DNA of 46,885 nucleotides, from NCBI GenBank assembly GCA_964619725.1, contig CAZUFC010000065.1:1-46885 (forward strand). Direction: 5' to 3'. The notes beneath the pieces are model-generated. The model had not been told where the DNA came from and made no database searches. It saw only the letters and a list, made by a program, of their open reading frames with translations. Below are positions 1-8,463 of the stretch, in pieces (positions within the stretch are counted from its first letter, which is position 1; every line of letters starts with the position of its first letter). Source of the stretch: an uncultured bacterium (lineage in GTDB: Bacteria; CSSED10-310; CAZUFC01). The position numbers were made by a program, and so were the translations under genes.

Positions 1-54
1 TGACTGTCCAGCATTAAATTTTGAATCGACAATCGAGTTTATGGACAGTCACTA
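1..54. repeat. Palindromic mini-element (MITE/REP-like), copy 1, truncated by the window edge
   Basis: Positions 1-54 are identical to 19043-19096. Arms are TGACTGTCCA...TGGACAGTCA(CTA). Confidence 0.9.
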
Positions 55-142
55 TCTAGCCCAAGTCAAGAGCTCTGACAAGTCGGACATAGCGGAAAAC
101 CCAAGAGCCGCAAAATTTTCAATTTTTTTAAATGTATGTTGC

Positions 143-262
143 GAGAAGTCCGCCAAGGGGACGTATGACCTGTGAAATGCAGGAGTTACCTGCGCGGCGA
201 AAGGTCATCCAACCCTATGATGCGGCAGTCATCTCTAGCGGGTGTCTGCCGCTGATTTTTTT
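143..262 (+). ncRNA. Candidate structured RNA of unknown family
   Basis: Nested stems ATGACCT(165-171)/AGGTCAT(202-208) and GCAGG(179-183)/CCTGC(189-193). A GC-rich hairpin GCGGCAG(222-228)/CTGCCGC(246-252) is followed by a T7 tract (256-262). GTCCGC(148-153) could pair with GCGGGT(238-243). Confidence 0.4.
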
Positions 263-301
263 CTTGATCGATTCTCGCACGAGAATCGATCAAGAAAAAA
301 A
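256..301. repeat. Perfect 22-bp inverted repeat with a 2-nt spacer
   Basis: TTTTTTTCTTGATCGATTCTCG-CA-CGAGAATCGATCAAGAAAAAAA. Confidence 0.9.
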
Positions 302-361
302 GATAGATTTGCATAAAAGGACAGAAAATTTTATCCTTCGAGTCAAGGGGGGATTGAACCC

Positions 362-3300
362 ATGAATCAGAAAAAATACATTATTCCTGTTTTGTTTCTT
401 TTAATAATCGGTTTAGCGGTAATCGTTCACCGCATACGTGTGGATCGGTTGAACCGGGAGCCGGCGCCGGCATCTACGGTATGGGGAACTGCAACGCCTG
501 CCGGGGAGGCGGATGAACCTGGGATTGATCCATCAGATCATGCCGGGAATACGGCAGAAAGTAGCGGAACTTTTGAGGAGAAACCGCGCAAGAAGGATTC
601 CGCGTTCGGCCATGTAATCGGCAGGGTAACGGATGAAGCTGATAATGGTATTGAAGGGGCTGAACTTTACATTGTTTCCAGTACGTTACGTATGCTGGAT
701 ACGTTGACTTTTTTTGAGAAACAGCATGACGGTATGACGGTAAGCGACGGGACTTATGAATTGGAAGTGTCGTCGTCAACGCCGTCTTTTCTGATATATG
801 CGATGCATGATAAATATTCTCCGGCCCGTACGAAAATTTACAAGATAGAGGCGGGTGAGCGGCTCCTGGACGTTAATATTGTTATGAAGCAGGGCGGAGC
901 CGTTGAAGGTAGTGTTCGAAATGAAAGCGGTCAGGGAATTCCGGGGGCCCGCGTATTCCATATATGGGAACGGTCCTGGTTTCAGAAGACGTTCAACAAT
1001 ATGATCGCTTCCAATATTGAAGCGCCGGAAGATGCGTCGGAAACGGACATGAACGGCCGGTTCAGGTTGGAGCATTTGCATGACGGTCGTCATACCATAA
1101 CGGCAACGGCGGAAGGCTATGTATCGGTTTCCTCGCCCGGCGTGGAAGTCAGAGAAAACAGGACGACCCGCGATGTCGTCATTACCTTGGAAAAGGGGTA
1201 CGTCATATCGGGAAAGGTATACGCCGAGGCTGACGGCCAGACCGTATCCGGCGCGGAAATTACGGCCAGATCGCTGGATATTTTCAATCCCTCTTTGAAG
1301 ACCATGGAATCGGATGAAGACGGCTCATACAAATTCGATACTTTGGCGGAAGGGTCTTATAAACTGACTGCGAAAGCCGAAGGGTTCGGAAAAGAAACGA
1401 AGGCAAGCGTTGAAACGGGCTCGACCGACGTGGATTTTCATTTGCCGGCAACGGGCAGTATTGAAGGCCGGGTAGTGCGCAAAAGCGATTCGACGCCGGT
1501 TTTCGGCTTCCATCTTTCGGTCAAGGAGCCGCCTGCGATGATGCTTCCGATGTATTCGTCGCAGTTCGATTTCCATGTGCCGGTGGCGGAGAATTACTTT
1601 GAAGAAGACGAGGGCTGGTTTTTCATCGATTCTCTTAGTCCGGGAAAATACCGGGTGGAAGCCAGGGCTGAGTCCTACAGGCCAGGTTACGTGGATGGCG
1701 TTGTCGTGGAAAGCGGCAAAACTACAGACGGCGTACTGATTCAGCTTGAAGAAGGCGTGACCGCTTCGGGTCGGGTTATAGCGAAGGAAAGCGGCGAACC
1801 GGTAGCCGGCGCCGACGTGAGTATGGATACGTCCATGGAATTTATGGGCATAAAGATGCCGGACATCAATAAAGAGACCATAATGGACCGCACTGATTCA
1901 AACGGCCGGTTTTTCCTGGCCGGACTTCCTTCCGGTCGCGTGGTCCTTAATGCCGAGCATCACGAATATGCGATTGCTAAAAAAGAGATAAAAACGCCTG
2001 ATGCAGGGGAATTAAACGGAATTATCATTGAGATGGAACAACCGGGAGTCATTGCGGGGGTCGTGCTGGATGCTTTTTCCATGCGTGGAGTAGCTGATGC
2101 CGAGGTTATCCTGGGCGAATCCAACATGCTTACCGCCATGGGCATGAATTTCAGCGGCGTTTCGGTATCTACGGATACGGACGGATGGTTTGAGTTCCGT
2201 AACCTGGAACCGGGAACGCATACGATTACGGTTTCGCATCCCGATTATTCATCAAAAACGGTTTCAGACCTTCAATTATTTGCGGGAGGTTCCATAACTG
2301 ACCTGGAGATAATCTTGAGCTCCGGCGGTCGTATAATGGGGAACGTGACGAATGAACAGGGAGAAGCCAGGAGCGGCGTTCAGGTAACCGCTCAATCTCC
2401 CGGAGCTATGAAAACGGCTCATACGGATAATCAGGGAAGATATGAAATTGCGGCGCTCGTCCCGGGTACCTATTCAGTCGTCCTTTTTGAAAAAACAGTC
2501 AAAAATCCTTTCGCCTCGTCTTCATCCAAAAGTTGTGAAGTGCGCGAAGGCGAAACCGCAATCGTTAATTTTCATGCCGGGAAAGGCGGGGTCCTTTTCG
2601 GCTTCGTAACGCGTAATAATAATCCCGTGGAAGACGCCATCATCGGCGCGGCTCTGGCCGAAACATCCGGCGATGCATACTCAGGACAGGGCGGCTCAGC
2701 CATGAGCGACGAACAGGGATATTATGAAATAATAGGACTTGAACCCGGATACTACAGAGTAACGGCTATGAAAGACCCTGAAAGCGGTATGCTGGGCGTT
2801 TACGCGGATTACGTTCAGATCGATAATAACGAAGTGCAGCATGATGTGATTCTGCCTTCAATCGGCATTACTGGTTATGTTTTCAATCAACAGGACGGCG
2901 CTCCGCAATCCGATGCTGAAGTGAGCCTGGCTTCGCGCGATATGCAGGAATTGCAGAAAGCACAGCCGCAACTGAAAATTACGGCTATGACCCAAACCGA
3001 CGACAAGGGCTATTTTGAATTCACCTCGGTTAATCCCGGTAATTATTCCATCTCAGCACACAAGAAGGACGTCGGAACCGACAGAATTTCCGCTTTTGAA
3101 GTTACGGAAGAAGGTTTGCAGAAATCCCTGAAATTATATCTGAAACAAGATGTGTCTATGCATGTCAAAGTTCTGGAAGAAAGCTCTGACGTTCCCGTGC
3201 CTGACGCTGAGATATCCGTTTTCGACATGCAGAATGATAAAATCAACATCGAATCCGTCAGAACCGATGCCAAAGGAGAATGCGACGTCACCGCTCTGCC

Positions 3301-3718
3301 GGACGGACGTTACAACCTGATCGCTGTTAAATACGGTTTTGCCCCCGGAATAAAACGAAATGTGGACGTATCAGGCCGGGAAACCACTCAGGTTAAGATT
3401 TTCCTCAACGAAGGCGGCAGTCTGGAACTGAAAGTCCGGGATGAATACAAGAATCCTGTCCCCGGCGCTTCGGTCACCCTTCGTTATGCCGGCGATCTGC
3501 CCATTCCCACATTCTCCGCTGAGGAAATGTATAAACACGGTTTCTTCGGCCGAAGAACAGATGAGCAGGGACATTGCCGCATTGCGCGACTGGCCGAGGG
3601 GACTTATTCAATAACGATAGCTAAAAAAGACATTCAAAATATGTCGGTCTTGACTGACATCATCGAAGGACAGGCGACAACCGAAAATGTGATCGTCGAA
3701 TATGAATTGGAAAATTAA
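362..3718 (+). CDS. Membrane-anchored protein with ~11 tandem carboxypeptidase-regulatory-like (CnaB/transthyretin-like) beta-sandwich repeats
   Basis: 1118 aa. N-terminal KK plus hydrophobic helix. Repeated ~95-aa units with G.I.G.V...G.PV.GA.V...TD..G.F....L.PG.Y.V.A motifs. GGGGGA RBS upstream. Confidence 0.85.
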   Translation: MNQKKYIIPVLFLLIIGLAVIVHRIRVDRLNREPAPASTVWGTATPAGEADEPGIDPSDHAGNTAESSGTFEEKPRKKDSAFGHVIGRVTDEADNGIEGAELYIVSSTLRMLDTLTFFEKQHDGMTVSDGTYELEVSSSTPSFLIYAMHDKYSPARTKIYKIEAGERLLDVNIVMKQGGAVEGSVRNESGQGIPGARVFHIWERSWFQKTFNNMIASNIEAPEDASETDMNGRFRLEHLHDGRHTITATAEGYVSVSSPGVEVRENRTTRDVVITLEKGYVISGKVYAEADGQTVSGAEITARSLDIFNPSLKTMESDEDGSYKFDTLAEGSYKLTAKAEGFGKETKASVETGSTDVDFHLPATGSIEGRVVRKSDSTPVFGFHLSVKEPPAMMLPMYSSQFDFHVPVAENYFEEDEGWFFIDSLSPGKYRVEARAESYRPGYVDGVVVESGKTTDGVLIQLEEGVTASGRVIAKESGEPVAGADVSMDTSMEFMGIKMPDINKETIMDRTDSNGRFFLAGLPSGRVVLNAEHHEYAIAKKEIKTPDAGELNGIIIEMEQPGVIAGVVLDAFSMRGVADAEVILGESNMLTAMGMNFSGVSVSTDTDGWFEFRNLEPGTHTITVSHPDYSSKTVSDLQLFAGGSITDLEIILSSGGRIMGNVTNEQGEARSGVQVTAQSPGAMKTAHTDNQGRYEIAALVPGTYSVVLFEKTVKNPFASSSSKSCEVREGETAIVNFHAGKGGVLFGFVTRNNNPVEDAIIGAALAETSGDAYSGQGGSAMSDEQGYYEIIGLEPGYYRVTAMKDPESGMLGVYADYVQIDNNEVQHDVILPSIGITGYVFNQQDGAPQSDAEVSLASRDMQELQKAQPQLKITAMTQTDDKGYFEFTSVNPGNYSISAHKKDVGTDRISAFEVTEEGLQKSLKLYLKQDVSMHVKVLEESSDVPVPDAEISVFDMQNDKINIESVRTDAKGECDVTALPDGRYNLIAVKYGFAPGIKRNVDVSGRETTQVKIFLNEGGSLELKVRDEYKNPVPGASVTLRYAGDLPIPTFSAEEMYKHGFFGRRTDEQGHCRIARLAEGTYSITIAKKDIQNMSVLTDIIEGQATTENVIVEYELEN

Positions 3719-4076
3719 ACTTCAGACTCAGCGCTGTTTTTTGATCGAATGGATTTTGCAACGGTAATCGGAGCCGCTATCGAAATCGATCGCAAGGCAT
3801 CGATAAAGATTAGTTTGACTGAGAAAAGGTTCACTCGACCTGTCTTCTTGCAGTATTCGGAATGCATTTGAACCTTGATCTTGCAATTCGAAATTTTCTG
3901 ATTTAACATAAACTATGGAAAATCTGTCGTTTCCATTATCCGTTGATTCAGCGGCCTTGGCTGATGAATGTAATGACGTTTCGGGAACATCAGCTTCGAG
4001 GGGTCCTTGAGGCGAGAAAAAGGAAAAGAGGATTGGAGAAAAATAACATTTATACAGCTTTGATCGAAGAGGGGTC

Positions 4077-4706
4077 TTGGTGAAGAATTACTATGAAATT
4101 CTGGGAATTTCCAGGCGTGCTGATCAGAAAGAAATAAAGAAGGCTTATTATAACCGTGCGAAGCAGGTGCATCCTGATTGCGGGAAGGATTGTTCCGGTG
4201 AAGCGTTCAAGGAATTACAGGAAGCCTATGAAGTTTTATCGAACGCTGAGAAGAGAAACAGGTACAATCATGATTTGGTGAGTTGCGGAAGCAGAACAGG
4301 AAAAACGAAATTTCGTCCGGCTTACAAGAAGAGCGCGTTTTTTCATCCGGCCATGGAAGCGATGGACCTGTTCGATGAATTGATGCAGAGCATGTTTAAC
4401 GAGGATTTTTTTGATTTTCCTTTTTTTGATGAACGAAGCCGGGCGCTTGAGATAATACTGTCAAGAGAAGAACGCAGAAAGGGATGTTTGGTTCCCCTGG
4501 AAATACCGGTTAAAAGGATGTGTCGCGAATGCAACGGCGTGGGGCATGATTTCGCCGGAATATGTTTTCGATGCAGGGGAAGCCGATTTGAAGAAGAAAC
4601 GGTGCATTACACTCTGCGCATACCGCCGGGAACGGCGCCGGGAACCAGAGTGAGACTAAAGATAAGGAACGGTCATTACGTCAATATTGTCATAAGAGTC
4701 CGCTGA
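4077..4706 (+). CDS. DnaJ-domain protein with two CxxCxG motifs and a partial DnaJ C-terminal domain
   Basis: NYYEILG...HPD J-domain, F/D-rich linker, CRECNGVG and CFRCRGSR, LRIPPG. Start is TTG 4077 or GTG 4080 after GAGGGG. Confidence 0.85.
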   Translation: MVKNYYEILGISRRADQKEIKKAYYNRAKQVHPDCGKDCSGEAFKELQEAYEVLSNAEKRNRYNHDLVSCGSRTGKTKFRPAYKKSAFFHPAMEAMDLFDELMQSMFNEDFFDFPFFDERSRALEIILSREERRKGCLVPLEIPVKRMCRECNGVGHDFAGICFRCRGSRFEEETVHYTLRIPPGTAPGTRVRLKIRNGHYVNIVIRVR

Positions 4707-4791
4707 AGACGTCTCAAGTGAAATATGCGCTGACCGGTTCAGAATCTATGTCGGCCTTGTTTAATTCGCATGAAGCTTATTATGAAATTTC

Positions 4792-4940
4792 GGCGTTGAT
4801 CAAAAATGGGACTTTTGAGGTAACAATGCGGCAGAATATCCCATCATTTTATTTCGATTTCGACCCCGATCCCGATCACCGAAACAAAGTGCCAAATTTT
4901 TTGAAAAAAGTATAACCCCGGTTTGATCAGTTTCGAAAAT
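4792..4940 (+). mobile_element. MITE-like dispersed repeat, copy A (4 CGATNN hexamers)
   Basis: GGCGTTGATCAAAAATG...GGTAACAAT...AATATCCCATCATTTTATTT(CGATNN)4...AACCCCGGTTTGATCAG. Aligns with 19201-19391 and with the reverse complement of 25452-25616. Confidence 0.75.
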
Positions 4941-4950
4941 TCAGATGCGG

Positions 4951-5583
4951 TCAAGTGGTCCTGGTCGGTCTGTAAGGTTCTTCTTTGAGGATGTGGCTGA
5001 CGAGCAGTTTCAGATACAGCAGGGGGAGGAACCATTCGAGTCCTGTGGGTGAATCCAGGAAATAGAGAGAGAGGATGAGTCCGCCTGCGTAACAGAGGAG
5101 CGCTGCGGGGCGTTGAAGATAGAGGGGAATCGCCAGGATGACTGCTGCGGCGAAAAGGAGGTATCCTCCCGCTGTTAGAATCCAGGTGAGATCGAAAGCT
5201 AGATATAACCAGGAAACGATAATGATATGCAGAAGGTGAGACGAGACGAGCGCGAAATGTTTGAGTGCCCCCTGACCGTGACGGTGGTACCAGCGTTTGG
5301 CGCTGGACGTTGCATTTGTGGCTATGCCGCCGGCTATGTCGATCGCAAGAAGGGTGCATACGAGGTATTGAATCGAAGACCAACCCTCGGCTATACGTAA
5401 AGCGCCGAGAAGCGCTATGACCGCAGCTATGCCTGCACCCGAGAACTGTAGAACAATTTCAGCCCTTGTCGCTCCCGGTCCGACGAACTTGTCCAATGCC
5501 CCTTTTATTCCGGTACGGGGAGAAGAAAAATTCCAGTCAATATTTGAATCGGGGGATTTAATTTTTTCGTTTTGACTAGTCAT
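4951..5583 (-). CDS. Hypothetical integral membrane protein (about 6 TM helices)
   Basis: 210 aa with multiple hydrophobic segments and conserved-looking GPGAT.AE, D..GG...NAT.S.KRWYH motifs. Confidence 0.75.
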   Translation of the reverse strand: MTSQNEKIKSPDSNIDWNFSSPRTGIKGALDKFVGPGATRAEIVLQFSGAGIAAVIALLGALRIAEGWSSIQYLVCTLLAIDIAGGIATNATSSAKRWYHRHGQGALKHFALVSSHLLHIIIVSWLYLAFDLTWILTAGGYLLFAAAVILAIPLYLQRPAALLCYAGGLILSLYFLDSPTGLEWFLPLLYLKLLVSHILKEEPYRPTRTT

Positions 5584-5946
5584 TGTTTGTTACTTTCTTT
5601 GTATATTTGTTTAAAGTAAGATATTAAAAAGCCTCTTTGCTTTTTATTCGATGCAATCTTTTCCGTTGTATAAACGCCGGATGCTGCTGTTTGTATTTTT
5701 TAAGAGAAGAAAAGAAGATTGTATTCGGGACGGATGTGGTTCTAATGAAGCATTGCCTGCGAATCCTCTGGCTCTTTAAAGGAATGCGGCATATACAAAA
5801 AAATTCTTCAATTTTGCGTGGTCCCGCCTACTATGGAGTATTAACGAAAACCTTTTTAAGGCCGTTACCCAGTCGGTTTGTTTTTACATGTTATTTTTCA
5901 ACGCCTTCCTGTCCGCGTTCTTTGACGCTTCGTGACATTCTCACAT

Positions 5947-6906
5947 TTATTGAGTATCGGTCCCGGATTTTTTTTCCGGTTCCGGCTCTTGCGGCGTTTC
6001 GTCATCAGATTCCGCATCATGAATTTCTGAGGACGAATATTTATCTGCTTCATCCAGAGGTTCAGCAGTGATAGTTTCGGGAGGTTCTTCCGTCTTTACA
6101 GTTCCTTGTTGCGAGGCGTGAGGTTCGACTTCGGGAGTTTCAGCGGTGGTATCGCAAAAAGTCGTTTCTATGACCTTTTCACGGACCGCTGGTCGTTCTG
6201 AATCATCAGATTCCGAAATTTCAGGTTCCGCATATTCCATAGGCTGCTCCGGCGAATCTTCGGCGGACTGCTCGTATACTGTCTGATTCAGTTCGCTCCG
6301 GTCCCCAGTTTTTTCCTCCTCATCGGAGACGTCATGCAAATGAACCCGATCCATCTCGTCGGTGTCGTCTTCGACGATGTCTGCCGGGGTTTCCTCCGTT
6401 TCCTGTCCTGCATCAGTATCCGGCGTTTTATCTTCAGGAATATCGCTTTCAGAATAGGTCGCGGTTTCAATGACGGGTTCTGCAGTTTCCACTTCAGATT
6501 CTTCCGCGCTTTCCGATTCAACCTCGGATTCTATAGACTCAGATTCAGGCACATCCTCTGTAATCCTGTCATAAAGCGATTTTGAGTCATCGCATACGGC
6601 ATCATAGCCGGGACTTTCGGTCTCGACCTCCCCGGATTCGGCGCTTTCAACTTTTTCAGCTTCTGCAGATGATTCCGGCCATTCGGATACTGTTTCAACA
6701 GGAGTCTCAGGTTCAGCAGATTCGAGATATGTTTGTTCAGAAACACCGTCACCTTCTTCCTCTGTCGAAGGATAAAAATCAACGGACTGCTGTTCAAACA
6801 ATTCTGCCGGTTGAGGATTCTTCACCAGTTTGAACAATTCGAGAATGATATAGATAAAGACGCTGATGACTCCGGGAATCACGACGAGCAGCATGATGTA
6901 ATCCAT
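5947..6906 (-). CDS. Single-pass membrane protein with a long Glu/Asp/Ser/Pro/Thr-rich disordered tail
   Basis: 319 aa. N-terminal hydrophobic helix, very acidic low-complexity remainder. AAGGAG RBS upstream of the ATG. Confidence 0.75.
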   Translation of the reverse strand: MDYIMLLVVIPGVISVFIYIILELFKLVKNPQPAELFEQQSVDFYPSTEEEGDGVSEQTYLESAEPETPVETVSEWPESSAEAEKVESAESGEVETESPGYDAVCDDSKSLYDRITEDVPESESIESEVESESAEESEVETAEPVIETATYSESDIPEDKTPDTDAGQETEETPADIVEDDTDEMDRVHLHDVSDEEEKTGDRSELNQTVYEQSAEDSPEQPMEYAEPEISESDDSERPAVREKVIETTFCDTTAETPEVEPHASQQGTVKTEEPPETITAEPLDEADKYSSSEIHDAESDDETPQEPEPEKKSGTDTQ

Positions 6907-7023
6907 ATTATGGTCTCCTTTTCAGTGACTCTTTCCGTCATTTTTGGTGTAATGCCGCGATTATTCGGCGACCGAGGTTTTCGGCAACTTTTTTTGCACC
7001 AAATGCACGATTCAGGAACCTCG

Positions 7024-8463
7024 TTATGAAAAAGGCGTCGGCCTCCCGACATCTCCACTTTCCATCATATTTTTTATAATGGATCGACACAATTCCGTCA
7101 AGCGTGCATCGCGCGCCCCCATGACGACGACCGCGGATCCTTCAGAAGCTTCGGATGCGGCCCGTGATGCGGCCTCTTGGTGAGAACTGACGGTATGGAC
7201 GTTAATATATTTTTTTAATTCCGCAGCCAGTCGTTCTGAAGAGACGTCCTGACTGGCTGTTCCTCCGGCATAAAAAACAGGGAGCAGGATCAGGCTGTCT
7301 TCTTTACCTGTTTTTTTTCTGAAAACCTGAATTAATTCATCGAACATGAAGCGGGTAGGCTGGAATCCGTGGGGTTGAAAAAGAGCGACTATACGTTGGG
7401 CGAGAGAGGACAAGACGTCCAAAGAAGCGGCGATTTTAGCTGGATTATGAGCAAAATCGTCGATGACAGGTATGCCGTGAGGCCTGCCGATTATTTCCAA
7501 CCTTCTTTTTACGCCTGGAAACGACTTTAACGCGTTTCGGAGAATTTCCGGCGAAGGCTTTTTTTCACAGGCTATTTCAACCGCGCATAACGCGGCTGCC
7601 GCATTATAAATATTGTGTTTTCCCGGAAGAGGGAAGACATATTCCTCATTGTTGAAAGAAAAATGCGAGGACCAGCCTTCACTTTGCAACTCCGTTATTC
7701 TGCGATCAGCCCAGGATGAAAAACCGAAACGAGTTATTTTCGGAGCGTTCCATTCAAGCCGGCTGACGGCAGGATCATCGCCGTTTATTATCAGGTTCTC
7801 GCTTACGCCCGAAGCGAATTGCAGGAACATCTCCTCAAGTTTGGAAAGTTCATGGTGGTCCCTGGTTATATTATTGATGATCCCTATGTCCGGTTTGAAT
7901 TGCAGGAGGCTGCCGTCGCTTTCGTCGGTTTCATAACAGGAATATTTGTTTCCGCCTATCCTCACTCCTGGAGTCTGAAGGGTCGTTTGTTCTCCTGCAG
8001 CGAATTCTCCCCCGAAAACTGCAGTCGGATTGCATCCGAGCTTATCCAGCAAATGAGTCAATATTGCCGTTACTGTGGTTTTTCCGCTTGTGCCGGCTAC
8101 GGCTGTTTCTTTTTCTGCCCTGATCAGTTCACTCATGAATTCAGCGCGGTGTGATACGGGAAGGCCCATCTTTTTCGTTTTTTTATAATCGGGAATGGTT
8201 TCTTCCGCAGCCGTGGTTACTATCACCCTGTCCAATCCTTCATGTATGCCGGAACCGTCTTGAGGAAAAAGGGCGATTCCCGCTGATGCAAAAATATCTT
8301 TCAATTCAGGAAGCAAATTTTTATCGAACTGACGGTCAGAACCGGAAACCTGTGCTCCCTGGCCTGCAGCCAGAATAGCCAATCCCCGCATGCCTGAACC
8401 CGCTATTCCTATAAAATGGAGTTTCTGAGCTTTAAGAGGAGTCATGTTTTTTGATTTCAACAT
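7024..8463 (-). CDS. MurC/Mpl-family Mur ligase (non-canonical MurC paralogue)
   Basis: HFIGIAGSGM, GSD, AVAGTSGKTT P-loop, ETDESDGS, DDFAHNP, FQPHG. The start overlaps the stop of the upstream ATPase. Confidence 0.85.
   Translation of the reverse strand: MLKSKNMTPLKAQKLHFIGIAGSGMRGLAILAAGQGAQVSGSDRQFDKNLLPELKDIFASAGIALFPQDGSGIHEGLDRVIVTTAAEETIPDYKKTKKMGLPVSHRAEFMSELIRAEKETAVAGTSGKTTVTAILTHLLDKLGCNPTAVFGGEFAAGEQTTLQTPGVRIGGNKYSCYETDESDGSLLQFKPDIGIINNITRDHHELSKLEEMFLQFASGVSENLIINGDDPAVSRLEWNAPKITRFGFSSWADRRITELQSEGWSSHFSFNNEEYVFPLPGKHNIYNAAAALCAVEIACEKKPSPEILRNALKSFPGVKRRLEIIGRPHGIPVIDDFAHNPAKIAASLDVLSSLAQRIVALFQPHGFQPTRFMFDELIQVFRKKTGKEDSLILLPVFYAGGTASQDVSSERLAAELKKYINVHTVSSHQEAASRAASEASEGSAVVVMGARDARLTELCRSIIKNMMESGDVGRPTPFS

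Noticed and set aside
132..365. 77-aa ORF upstream of the surface protein
   Set aside because: It runs across hairpins and a perfect palindrome, has no RBS and has no protein-like features.
3961..3995. CTGATGA followed by a short stem, as in a hammerhead ribozyme core
   Set aside because: The required GAAA and stems I and III are absent.
4718..4915. 65-aa ORF similar to the 64-aa ORF at 25469-25663 (ALIKN...NIPSFYF.FDPDPD), suggesting a small-protein family
   Set aside because: The similarity is explained by the shared DNA repeat. The N-termini are unrelated, there is no clear RBS, and copy C has an in-frame TGA.
5637..6071. 144-aa plus-strand ORF
   Set aside because: TTG start without an RBS, overlap with the antisense of a better gene, and no recognisable motifs.
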